From positions 1-52,282 of the forward strand of contig JBJEUZ010000016.1 of the NCBI GenBank assembly GCA_051884095.1: a DNA stretch of 52,282 nucleotides, given 5' to 3'. Shown here piece after piece: positions 34,736 to 43,774 of the stretch (positions are counted from its first letter, which is position 1; each line of letters starts with the position of its first letter). The notes under the pieces are model-generated. The model did not search any database, was not told where the DNA came from, and was given only the letters and a program-made list of their open reading frames with translations. The position numbers and the translations under genes are program-made. Source of the DNA: Candidatus Coproplasma sp. Lineage in GTDB: Bacteria; Bacillota; Clostridia; Christensenellales; Borkfalkiaceae.

Positions 34736-36029
34736 TTTCCACCTCGAATCGGTTATGTATTTCTTCAACCTGAGTTCGCCTTGAAAGGAAGGCGTCGGCT
34801 ATTGCAGGTTCAAAGTCGCTTCCCCTTCCGTCCTCGATTATCTTAAAGCACTCGTCCAAGGGCATGGCGTCGCGATAGCAACGCTTTTCCGAAACGGCGT
34901 CGAACACGTCGGCAACGGCCATAATGCGCGCGCCGAGCGGAATTTCTTCGCCGCGTAACCCTTCGGGATAGCCCCTGCCGTTCCATTTTTCGTGGTGATG
35001 AAGCGCAACCGATTGGGCGAGGGCGCAATACTCTTCGTTGCCAGTCTTGCCGAAGGTCTGGCGAATGATTTCGCCGCCGTGAATCGTGTGCGTCTTAATT
35101 ATTTCGAATTCCTCCTGCGTAAGCCTGCCCGGCTTTTGCAAAACCGCGTCCGGCACGGCGATTTTGCCCACGTCGTGCAAGGGCGCCGCCTTGATGAGAT
35201 TGTCTACATATTCCTTTGAAAGCTCCTTTTTGTATCGCCCGTCCTCTATAAGCCCTTCAGCAATGAGCTTTACGTACGCCGTGGTGCGGCGGACGTGTCC
35301 GCCCGTGCTTTCGTCCCTGTTTTCTATTAAGGTTGCAAAGCCCGTAACCATTTCGGAATGGTAATTGGCAAGCTCCTTGAGCGCGGGGTTCTCCTCGTTG
35401 AGATACGCGCCGAGAATGAGGCCCGTTGTAATTATAGCCGTAACCAGCGCCTGAGGAACAAACGCCTGAAAGATTGTTAAGGATAAGACGAGAGCAAGGT
35501 ATATACACACGTTTGTGCTCTTGCGCCTTTCCACCCTGTGTCTGCGCTTTAAAAATACCGCCGCCGTAAGCAGGATATACACGCCCACCATCGCGAAGCA
35601 GGCGTAGACCGAAACGCCCATAGAATAGTTGCTTATTTCGCCCTGAACAAATTCAAGCTGATTAAGAGCCGCGAGCACGATTATTACTCCGACCGTAAAG
35701 GGCGCGAACGCCGCTGCCAGCGCTAGCGGCGATTTGGGCAGACCGCCCGTGAACGACAGCATATACAAAAACAGCGCGAACATAACGCAGTCGAGCGAAA
35801 TTAAAAATACCGCGTGCAGCGCAAGGTTCAACGCCCTCGGCATGTCCGTATTTACCGTAACGGCGGTTACGCCGTCGAAAATTATGCTGACTATGCCCGC
35901 GACCAGCAACAAATCGAAGAAGGTAAACTTCCTCTCCGCGCCGTATCTTCTGCGCTGAATCAGATAGACCGCGCCTATAAACAGGACTATGACAAGACAG
36001 CCCGCCTGCAATTTACAATAATTCATCAT
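34728..36029 (-). CDS. Membrane-anchored HD-GYP domain protein (likely c-di-GMP phosphodiesterase)
   Basis: 433 aa. The N-terminal ~200 aa have about 6 TM segments. The C-terminal part carries HDVGKIAVP, HHEKWNGRGYPEGL and GARIMAVADVFDA. Confidence 0.85.
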   Translation of the reverse strand: MMNYCKLQAGCLVIVLFIGAVYLIQRRRYGAERKFTFFDLLLVAGIVSIIFDGVTAVTVNTDMPRALNLALHAVFLISLDCVMFALFLYMLSFTGGLPKSPLALAAAFAPFTVGVIIVLAALNQLEFVQGEISNYSMGVSVYACFAMVGVYILLTAAVFLKRRHRVERRKSTNVCIYLALVLSLTIFQAFVPQALVTAIITTGLILGAYLNEENPALKELANYHSEMVTGFATLIENRDESTGGHVRRTTAYVKLIAEGLIEDGRYKKELSKEYVDNLIKAAPLHDVGKIAVPDAVLQKPGRLTQEEFEIIKTHTIHGGEIIRQTFGKTGNEEYCALAQSVALHHHEKWNGRGYPEGLRGEEIPLGARIMAVADVFDAVSEKRCYRDAMPLDECFKIIEDGRGSDFEPAIADAFLSRRTQVEEIHNRFEVEND

Positions 36030-36069
36030 TTATTTTTCCAATTCTCTCTTTAAAAAATACAAAAAACGC

Positions 36070-36603
36070 TTATTTTTCTCCGTATTCCCTTTGATAGAGC
36101 TCCATACACTTTTTGATTATTTTTACCGCTTCCGCCCTGTTGCACACCTCCTGCACGGCGGTGCGCTTGTTTTCAAGCTCCTTGTAGACCTCGAAAAAGT
36201 GCGTCATTTCCACAAATATATGCTTGGGAAGCTGACTTATATCCCCGTAGACGTTGTATACGGGGTCGTTTACCGCCACGGCTATGACCTTTTCGTCGGG
36301 CTGACCGTTATCCAGCATCTTTATTACGCCTATGGGCGCGCAAGTGACCAGGGTGTTGGGGTAAATGGAATCGTCGCACAGCACAAGCACGTCCAACGGA
36401 TCGCCGTCCTCGGCAAGCGTAAGCGGAATAAAGCCGTAGTTTGCGGGATAGACCGTGGAGGTGAAGAGTATTCTGTCCAGGCGCAACAGCCCCGTCTGCT
36501 TGTCAAGCTCGTACTTTGCCTTGCCGCCGCGGGGAATTTCAATAAGCGTTTCAAACCTCTCCGAGCTCACTCTGTCCTTTGCCAAGCCGTGCCAGATATT
36601 CAT
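36070..36603 (-). CDS. ppa: Inorganic pyrophosphatase, family I
   Basis: 177 aa. It contains IEIPRGGKAKYELDK, YPANYGFIP and DGDPLDVLVL, which are signature motifs of soluble PPase. Confidence 0.9.
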   Translation of the reverse strand: MNIWHGLAKDRVSSERFETLIEIPRGGKAKYELDKQTGLLRLDRILFTSTVYPANYGFIPLTLAEDGDPLDVLVLCDDSIYPNTLVTCAPIGVIKMLDNGQPDEKVIAVAVNDPVYNVYGDISQLPKHIFVEMTHFFEVYKELENKRTAVQEVCNRAEAVKIIKKCMELYQREYGEK

Positions 36604-36640
36604 AAGTTTCTCCTCCGTAATTAATTTGCTTTTGTTGAAA

Positions 36641-37756
36641 TCAATAGTCGTCCGTAAAGCGGTGCCTTACGCCGTCCCTGTCCTTATAGGCTATAACCGT
36701 GGAAAGGCAGACGTTTTCAACGCTCTTGAATATGTTCTGCTCTATCTCGGGGTCGTCCCTTTTAAGCGTGCGAATCAGCTCCTTTACCTTCTGCCGCTTT
36801 GAACCCGTGCCCGCGGGGTTGCAGGTTGCGCAGTTTTCGGTAAACCTGCAGGCGCACTGAATAAAGCGCAAATCGTTATAATCTCTCCACGCCTTGATAT
36901 CGTCCTCGCGTATGAGATACATCGGGCGAATCAGCTCCATGCCCTCGAAGTTTGCGCTTTTGAGCTTGGGCATCATGGTCTGCACCTGTCCGCCGTACAG
37001 CATACCCATAAGTATGGTTTCAATCACGTCGTCGTAGTGGTGCCCCAAAGCTATCTTGTTGCAGCCCAGCTCCTTCGCCTTTGCGTACAGGTTGCCGCGG
37101 CGCATGCGCGCGCAGATATAGCAGGGCGACTTTTCGATATTGAACACGTTTTCAAATATATCGGTCTGAAAGATTGTTATGGGAATGTTTAAAATTCGGG
37201 CGTTGTTTTCTATGATTTCGCGGTTCGCAGGGCTATATCCCGGGTCCATTACCAGAAAAACAAGCTCGAACGGCACCTTGTTGTGCCGCTTTAATTCCTG
37301 AAAGAGCTTTGCCATTGCAAACGAGTCCTTGCCGCCCGATATGCACACGGCGATTTTGTCGCCTTCGGAAATCATACCGTATTCCACTATCGCCTTGGCA
37401 AAGCGGGAAAAGAGCTTTTTGTGGAATTTTTTTCTTATGCTCGCTTCGGCGCGTTCGGCAGCGCCCTCCTCCATGGCGGATATGTGACGCCTTAACCACG
37501 CGGCATAGCCGCCCTTTAAGTTGTACGCTTCAAACCCCTTGGCGCGGAGATTTTCCGCGACCTCGTAGCTGATTTCACCGCTCTTACAGCAGATATAAAG
37601 GGGCTTATCCGCGGGATATTCCGCGTCGTACACCGTACTCAGCGGCGAATTGACCGCGTCGGGAATATGTCCGTATAAAAATTCGGTTTGCTCGCGGATA
37701 TCCACGATTAATCCGCCGCCCGAAAGGGCTTCTTCCAATGTTACTTCGTCTTTCAT
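36641..37756 (-). CDS. Rhodanese domain fused to a TtcA-like PP-loop tRNA thiolase
   Basis: 371 aa. The N-terminal ~95 aa form a rhodanese domain with the active-site loop CCKSGEIS. This is followed by the PP-loop CISGGKDS, the Cys motif CYICARMRR, and a C-terminal Cys cluster (CACRFTENCATC). Confidence 0.8.
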   Translation of the reverse strand: MKDEVTLEEALSGGGLIVDIREQTEFLYGHIPDAVNSPLSTVYDAEYPADKPLYICCKSGEISYEVAENLRAKGFEAYNLKGGYAAWLRRHISAMEEGAAERAEASIRKKFHKKLFSRFAKAIVEYGMISEGDKIAVCISGGKDSFAMAKLFQELKRHNKVPFELVFLVMDPGYSPANREIIENNARILNIPITIFQTDIFENVFNIEKSPCYICARMRRGNLYAKAKELGCNKIALGHHYDDVIETILMGMLYGGQVQTMMPKLKSANFEGMELIRPMYLIREDDIKAWRDYNDLRFIQCACRFTENCATCNPAGTGSKRQKVKELIRTLKRDDPEIEQNIFKSVENVCLSTVIAYKDRDGVRHRFTDDY

Positions 37757-37824
37757 AGGTATATTCTATATATCATATAGGGGCGAAAAAGTCAAGAATA
37801 TATTAAAATTAACGCAAGTCCAGG

Positions 37825-38013
37825 CAAGGCTATGCCTTGACTGTGTCCTTAATTGCTCTGCTCCAGCCCAACCTTTTTTCCATCAACTGAAAGCCGAGCG
37901 GCGGGTTCCCCCGCCGCTCAAGGCATTGCCTTGACTTTGTTCTTAATTGCTCCGCTCTTATCCGACCTGTCTCAATCAAACTGAAAGCCGAGCGGCGGGT
38001 TCCCCCGCCGCTC
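37825..38013. repeat. Two tandem copies of a 94-bp structured unit
   Basis: Copy A spans 37825-37918 and copy B spans 37919-38013. Each begins with the hairpin CAAGGC-nnn-GCCTTG and ends with AACTGAAAGCCGAGCGGCGGGTTCCCCCGCCGCTC (stem GAGCGGCGGG / CCCGCCGCTC). The middle ~35 nt diverge. Confidence 0.8.
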
Positions 38014-38038
38014 GGCTTTGATTTTATGCCGGATCGAC

Positions 38039-39463
38039 TTAAGCCGACATTGCGTTGATTTTTTTCTTTGTGACGGCTATTCCGAATGCCAGGGCGGCGA
38101 TTGACGCTACCGCTTCGGCTATGGGGAACGCCCACCAAACGAGGAAATCGGCGATTGGCGTTACCGAGAACGCATAGACCAGCGGCAGGCAGACGACAAT
38201 CAGCCTTAAACACGACAGGATAAGCGATTTTACGCCGCTTCCCAGCGCCTGCAGTATGCCCTGCCAGGCAACGTTGAAGCCGACGAACAAAAATCCCGCG
38301 GGCACAACGCGCATTGCCGTTAAAAGGTACCCGCCGATTGCCTGGTCGCCGCCCGTCAAAAGATTGGACACGGGCTGCGCCAGGGCTTCGAACAGAGCTA
38401 TTCCCAGCGCCATCACGATTACCGTATAAATTATTCCGTAGCGCACCCCCTCCTTTACCCTCTGTTTGTCGCCTAAGCCGTAGTTGAAGGATACTATGGG
38501 GATAATTGCGTTGTTCAGACCGAACGCCGCAAAAAAGACGAACTGCTGAACCTTGTAATAATCGCCGTAGGCGGTTACCGCGGCGTTGCCCATAGCAGGG
38601 GCTAAGATTACGTTGACGGCAAAGACCATTACGGGCATGAGCGCCTGCATTACCACGGCGGGCAGACCGATTGTGAAGATGCCCTTCAACGCGTCCTTTC
38701 GCGGGCGCATATATACGGGCGAACCGCTTATTTCGCGGTTGAGCGCATAGTGGAAAACCGCGTCGAGAATAAGCGAAACTATTTGTCCTATTACGGTAGC
38801 CCACGCCGCGCCCGCTACTCCCCAGCCGAACACGAGAACGAAGAGCGCGTCCAGCCCGATGTTGAGCACCGCGCCCGAAATCTGACCTATCATACACAGC
38901 GTCGCCTTGCCCGTGCCCTGCAAAAGTTTTTCGTAGACCATATAGCCCAGCGCGCCGAAAGACATTGTGCAGCAGATTGACAGATAATTTGCCGCCTCGT
39001 CCATAAGCAGCTCGTAATTGGGGTCGGATGAGTCCGCCTGCATGGAAAGGTAGGGGCGCACGCCGAACAGTCCGAACAGCAGAAACACGGCGTAGACGAT
39101 TATTATTACGGTCAGGGCGTTGCCCGCAACGTAAGCCGCCTTTTTTCTTTCACCCTCGCCCAGCGCGCGGGAAAGCATGGCGTTTACGCCCACGCCCAGT
39201 CCTACGCCTATAGCAATCATAAGCATCTGTACGGGGAATGCGAGCGACAGCGCGTTGGTGCCGACGACGGCGCCGTAATTTTCCACCTGAGGGTGAGAAA
39301 TCATTGTGACGAACATCGTGTCCACCACGTTGTACAGAGCCTGCACGACCATAGATAAAATCATAGGCAGACCCATTGAAAGCATAAGGCGCGCCACCTT
39401 TTTATATCCCATCGGGTTTTCAATCTGTCTTTGGTTGCTTTGATTTATTGTTTCTTCTTCCAT
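38039..39463 (-). CDS. MATE family efflux transporter
   Basis: 474 aa with 12 TM segments. The N-terminus LMLSMGLPMILSMVVQALYNVVDTMFV is typical of the MATE family. Confidence 0.85.
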   Translation of the reverse strand: MEEETINQSNQRQIENPMGYKKVARLMLSMGLPMILSMVVQALYNVVDTMFVTMISHPQVENYGAVVGTNALSLAFPVQMLMIAIGVGLGVGVNAMLSRALGEGERKKAAYVAGNALTVIIIVYAVFLLFGLFGVRPYLSMQADSSDPNYELLMDEAANYLSICCTMSFGALGYMVYEKLLQGTGKATLCMIGQISGAVLNIGLDALFVLVFGWGVAGAAWATVIGQIVSLILDAVFHYALNREISGSPVYMRPRKDALKGIFTIGLPAVVMQALMPVMVFAVNVILAPAMGNAAVTAYGDYYKVQQFVFFAAFGLNNAIIPIVSFNYGLGDKQRVKEGVRYGIIYTVIVMALGIALFEALAQPVSNLLTGGDQAIGGYLLTAMRVVPAGFLFVGFNVAWQGILQALGSGVKSLILSCLRLIVVCLPLVYAFSVTPIADFLVWWAFPIAEAVASIAALAFGIAVTKKKINAMSA

Positions 39464-39491
39464 TTTTACCTCTTTTTAAATAAAATTTCGG

Positions 39492-39540
39492 CAAAAAACA
39501 ACGCGCGTAAGCCCGAAAAAAGTTCGGACTTACGCGCGTT
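39492..39540 (-). terminator. Intrinsic terminator after the zinc-ribbon gene
   Basis: On the minus strand: AACGCGCGUAAGuCCGAAcuuuuuUCGGgCUUACGCGCGUU followed by GUUUUUUG. Confidence 0.75.
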
Positions 39541-39736
39541 ATCAGCGCCGCTCAACTTGTCAACGCGCATATTTTATCACACCCGAAAAAATTTTGCACG
39601 CATTTTTTTGAATTTTTTTTGCAGTTTATTTAAGTTAACTAATCTACGCCGTCAAGGCGACGCCGCGCCGCAAAGCTATACCCGCAAGAGATGGCTTTTG
39701 CAAAAATTTACGATACGGGCGAGCGCGCGGCGGATA

Positions 39737-40213
39737 TCACCGTAAAGCCGTGCCGCAGTTGCGGCAGAAGCGCGCGTCCGCGTCGTTCATCTCGCCGCAG
39801 TCGGGGCATTTTTTCTTCAACGGCGCGCCGCAATGATCGCAGAAATTCGCGCCCTCCTCGTTGACCTCCCCGCACTCGGGGCAAACGGGAGACTTGCCCT
39901 TGATTTGCTCCGCAGTCTTGACGACCTCATCGCGAGTGCCGCTGAGCATTTTATTCGCCGCGTCGGTAGCTACGGGCACGTTTTCATCCGAAACGTACTT
40001 GTTCATCTCGCGCATAAAGCCCCACATCAGGCACACTCCGCCCACGAAAATAAGCGGCATTGCGATAAAATTGAGATTGAACGTCGAGGTGTTGCCGCTG
40101 AAGAAGGGTATGGTGCCGCACAGCAGCAGAATTATGCCGACGGGCAGACAGATAAAGCCGATTACGCGAAGAATAATCTTTATTTTTTTGTGATTATGAT
40201 TATTGTTTTCCAT
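39737..40213 (-). CDS. Membrane protein with a C-terminal double zinc-ribbon
   Basis: Starting from the ATG at 40213 gives MENNNHNHKK. Two TM segments are followed by CPECG..CDHCG and CPDCG..CRNCG. The ORF-track start at 40231 is a TTG lying inside the promoter. Confidence 0.6.
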   Translation of the reverse strand: MENNNHNHKKIKIILRVIGFICLPVGIILLLCGTIPFFSGNTSTFNLNFIAMPLIFVGGVCLMWGFMREMNKYVSDENVPVATDAANKMLSGTRDEVVKTAEQIKGKSPVCPECGEVNEEGANFCDHCGAPLKKKCPDCGEMNDADARFCRNCGTALR

Positions 40214-40219
40214 ACGTTT

Positions 40220-40248
40220 ATTATACCACAATCCGTTTTGCCTGTCAA
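40220..40248 (-). promoter_or_regulatory. Consensus promoter placed for a leaderless transcript of the zinc-ribbon gene
   Basis: On the minus strand: TTGACA (40248-40243), 17-nt spacer, TATAAT (40225-40220), then aaacgt and ATG. The A of the ATG is 7 nt after the -10 hexamer. Confidence 0.55.
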
Positions 40249-40271
40249 TAAATCACTGACGGAGCAATTGC

Positions 40272-42080
40272 TTACGACGCCGAAGCGCTGTCGAATTGCG
40301 ATTTGTATAGGTTGTAGTACGCGCCCTTCTTTTCCATTAAAGATTCGTGCGTGCCCTGCTCCACCACATCGCCGTGATCCATAACCAGAATTTTATCCGC
40401 ATTGCGTATGGTGGAAAGTCGGTGTGCTATAACAAAGCAGGTTCGACCCTGCATGAGCGCGGTCATCGCCGCCTGTATTATATGCTCCGTGCGCGTGTCC
40501 ACGTTTGACGTCGCTTCGTCCAGAATGAGCATTGGCGAATCTATCAGCATTGCGCGCGCAATGGTTAAAAGCTGTTTTTGCCCCTTGGAAATATTTACGG
40601 CGTTGTCGGCAAGGCAGGTGTCGTAGCCCTGCGGAAGGCGGGTTATAAAGGAATGAATTTTCGCCGCCCTGCACACCCGTTCGACCTCCTCGCGCGTGGC
40701 GTTCTCCTTGCCGTAGGCGATATTTTCGTACACCGTGCCCGCGAACAGCCAGGTGTCCTGCAAGACCATTGTAAACGCTCCGCGCAGGCTCTTTCTCGTT
40801 ACCTTGGTTACGTCCTTGCCGTCTATCTTAATTGTTCCGCCGTCGGGGTCGTAGAACCGCATCAACAGGTTTATAATAGTCGTCTTGCCCGCGCCGGTGC
40901 GCCCGACTATGGCTATCAGCTCGCCCTTCTTTGCGGTGAGCGAGAAGTCGTGTATAATCTCTTTTTGCGGCAGATATCCGAAGGACAGCCGCTCTATCTC
41001 CACGTCGCCGCGCACGTCGTTAAGCTCTTCCGCGTCCTCCGCGTCGGGCTTTTCGGGCAATTCTTCAAGCACCCTGAACACCCGCTCCGCCGCGGCTATC
41101 GCCGACTGAAACTCGCCGATTACGTTGGCGATTTCGTTTATGGGACCCGAAAACTTGCGCGAATACAGCACGAACGAGGAAATCTGACCGACGGTTACTC
41201 CGCCGAACGCGTACATATACATCAACGCCCCGAACACCGAAACCAAGGTCTGCGCGACGTTGTTCATAAAGTTCGACGCGGGGCCCGTAATCGTGGAAAG
41301 GTACTCCGCGCGGGCGTAGGCTTCTATCGCCTCGCGGTTCTTTACCTCGAATTTCTGAATTACCTCATCCTCCCGTCCGTAGGCTTTTGTGGTCTTTTGA
41401 CCGGTTATCATCTCTTCCACAAAGCCGTTCAGCTCGCCCAGCTTTGCGCTGCGCTTTCTGAACAGCGGCTGAACCTTTTTTGCCAGCCACCGCGTGAAAA
41501 AGATTGTAATCGGTATTGTTACGACGAACACCAGCACTAACAGCGGCGCAATCGTAATCATCATTACCAGCGAGCCGACGATGAGCACGATGCTCTTAAG
41601 TACCATTATTATGTCGTTGGCGAGCGATTCGCCCACCGTGTCGATATCGTAGGACAGCACCGAGATGATGTCGCCCGCCTGACGGCTGTCGAAGTAGGAA
41701 ACGGGCAGGGATATCAGCTTTTCAAACGTGTCGTTGCGCATCTTTTTAACCATTCGACGCGCAACGTACGCCATACCTACGGTGGAAAGGTAGGTTATTA
41801 TGCCCGAAAGAACGTACACGCCCGCAAGCAGAATGCAGTAGAAGGCGACGGCGTTCATATCGGTCGTGCCGTCGGGCTTAATTAGGTCGATTGCCTCGCC
41901 GCTGATTCTCGGTCCGACCAAAGAGAGCGCAACCGCCGCTATATTTGCCGCGAACACTAGTATGAACAGCGGCAGATAGGGCTTTAAGTACCTGATAAGG
42001 TTTGCTATGACGAATTTGGTGTCCACCTTGCGCGCGACCTGCTTGCGCGTATCGGAGATGTGCATTCTGGGTTCCTTCAT
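40272..42080 (-). CDS. ABC transporter ATP-binding/permease protein (type I exporter half, MdlB-like)
   Basis: 602 aa. It has 6 TM segments plus an NBD with Walker A GRTGAGKTT, signature ISKGQKQ and Walker B LILDEATS. Confidence 0.9.
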   Translation of the reverse strand: MKEPRMHISDTRKQVARKVDTKFVIANLIRYLKPYLPLFILVFAANIAAVALSLVGPRISGEAIDLIKPDGTTDMNAVAFYCILLAGVYVLSGIITYLSTVGMAYVARRMVKKMRNDTFEKLISLPVSYFDSRQAGDIISVLSYDIDTVGESLANDIIMVLKSIVLIVGSLVMMITIAPLLVLVFVVTIPITIFFTRWLAKKVQPLFRKRSAKLGELNGFVEEMITGQKTTKAYGREDEVIQKFEVKNREAIEAYARAEYLSTITGPASNFMNNVAQTLVSVFGALMYMYAFGGVTVGQISSFVLYSRKFSGPINEIANVIGEFQSAIAAAERVFRVLEELPEKPDAEDAEELNDVRGDVEIERLSFGYLPQKEIIHDFSLTAKKGELIAIVGRTGAGKTTIINLLMRFYDPDGGTIKIDGKDVTKVTRKSLRGAFTMVLQDTWLFAGTVYENIAYGKENATREEVERVCRAAKIHSFITRLPQGYDTCLADNAVNISKGQKQLLTIARAMLIDSPMLILDEATSNVDTRTEHIIQAAMTALMQGRTCFVIAHRLSTIRNADKILVMDHGDVVEQGTHESLMEKKGAYYNLYKSQFDSASAS

Positions 42081-43774
42081 ACTTCCTCCCCCATCTGCGC
42101 ACGGTAGATTTGCAGATATTCGTTACAGTTTCCCAAAAGATATGCGTGCGTGCCGCAGCCTATTGCCCTGCCGTCGTCGAGAACCAGAATTTTGTCTGCG
42201 TTCATAACCGAACTGACGCGCTGCGCTATTATAATCTTTGTCGAGTCGGGATAATTTTTTGAAAGCGCCGCCCTTAACCTGGCGTCGGTTTCGTAGTCGA
42301 GCGCGGACGAGCTGTCGTCCAGCACTAAAATTTCGGGATTGGCTGCCAGCGCGCGGGCGATTATCAGGCGCTGCTTCTGCCCGCCCGAAAGGTTTGCCGC
42401 CTTCTGCGCGAGGTTGTACTCCAAACCGCCCTCCAATTCTTCCACAAACTCTTTTGCTTGGGCGCACTCCAGCGCCTTTGATATATCCTCTTGAGAAAGT
42501 CCGCGGAAGTAGTCCACGTTGTTAAAGACGGTGTCGGCGGTAAGAAAGCCGTTTTGAAAAGCCGCGCCGAATTTCGCCTTTAGCTCTACGGGCTCGTACT
42601 CGCGCACGTCCTTGCCGTCCACGTATACCGCGCCCGAATCCACGTCGTAGAGGCGCATTAAAAGGTTTATTACCGTGCTCTTGCCGCTTCCCGTAGCGCC
42701 GATTATGCCAAGCGTTTGACCGGCAGTTATTTCAAACGAGATATTTTCAAGGTTGTTCTCTTTGCCGTTGTACGAAAAGCTGACGTCCGAAAACTGCACC
42801 TTGAACCGCTTGTCGCCCTCGGCGTATTCGCCCGAAGGCAGGCGCACGTCGGTTGCAAGCACCTTTTCGATGCGCGCAGCGGAAGCCACCCCGCGCGAGA
42901 TTACGACGAAAATTTTTGAAAGGCCGAGCATCGCGTTCAAAATTATCGTGAAGTAGGACAGGAAAGCCAGCACTGTGCCCGCGTTTGTGGAACGGAGCGC
43001 GCCCACGACTATTACCGCCACCAGACCCAGATTTAAAATGAGAGTTGCCAAAGGGTTTGTGAGCGACATTATCTTGTTAGCCTTGAGCTCGGTTGCGGCA
43101 AGTTTTTCGCTGACCGTATGGAATTTTTGAGTTTCGTACTCCTCTTTCGAGAGCGCCTTTACAACCCGCACGCCGGTTATGTTTTCCTGCATAGAGCGCA
43201 CCATATCGTCCCCGCCTCGCTGAATGGAAAAGTAGCAGGGCACGCTCTTTTTAGTGATTATTGCAATAGCGATTATTACGAAGGGCACGCACGCCAGAAG
43301 CACCAGCGCAAGGGCGGTATCCAGCGTAAAGGTTAAAATTATGCCGCCTATTAAGAGTATAGGCGCGCGCACGCCCAGACGGAGAGAGCGCGCGACCATC
43401 TGATTTACGTAATATGTATCCGAAGTCAGTCGGGACACCAGCGACGGCGTGGTAAATTCGTCCACCTGCCCGCACTTGAGATACGACGTCTTAGAAAACA
43501 AATCGTAGCGGATATCGTGGGTCATATTGCCGCCCGCCGTTACCGATAGGCGGTTGGCTATTATGTTGCCGAACATTGCCACCAGCGAAAAGCCGAGCAT
43601 CAATAGACCCATAAGTATTATGGTTTTAAGGTCGCCGCGCGGCACGACGTCGTCTATTACGTACTCTAACACGAGCGGCAGAAACAGCTCTGCAATGGAG
43701 CCGATGAATTTAATTATCAGCCCCGCGGCAACCGTGCCCGAATAGGGCTTTAAGTAACTAAGCGTCCTTTTCAT
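42077..43774 (-). CDS. ABC transporter ATP-binding/permease protein (type I exporter half, MdlA-like)
   Basis: 565 aa. Walker A GATGSGKST, signature LSGGQKQR, Walker B LVLDDSSS. There is a 4-nt overlap with the partner gene. Confidence 0.9.
   Translation of the reverse strand: MKRTLSYLKPYSGTVAAGLIIKFIGSIAELFLPLVLEYVIDDVVPRGDLKTIILMGLLMLGFSLVAMFGNIIANRLSVTAGGNMTHDIRYDLFSKTSYLKCGQVDEFTTPSLVSRLTSDTYYVNQMVARSLRLGVRAPILLIGGIILTFTLDTALALVLLACVPFVIIAIAIITKKSVPCYFSIQRGGDDMVRSMQENITGVRVVKALSKEEYETQKFHTVSEKLAATELKANKIMSLTNPLATLILNLGLVAVIVVGALRSTNAGTVLAFLSYFTIILNAMLGLSKIFVVISRGVASAARIEKVLATDVRLPSGEYAEGDKRFKVQFSDVSFSYNGKENNLENISFEITAGQTLGIIGATGSGKSTVINLLMRLYDVDSGAVYVDGKDVREYEPVELKAKFGAAFQNGFLTADTVFNNVDYFRGLSQEDISKALECAQAKEFVEELEGGLEYNLAQKAANLSGGQKQRLIIARALAANPEILVLDDSSSALDYETDARLRAALSKNYPDSTKIIIAQRVSSVMNADKILVLDDGRAIGCGTHAYLLGNCNEYLQIYRAQMGEEV

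Noticed and set aside
37830-38897. 355-aa ORF on the minus strand, one of the longest unassigned ORFs in the track
   Set aside because: It is Arg/Gly/Ala-rich, low-complexity and has no recognisable motifs. It lies in an alternative frame of the convincing 474-aa MATE gene (38039-39463) and runs through the non-coding tandem repeat. This is a typical shadow ORF of GC-rich DNA.
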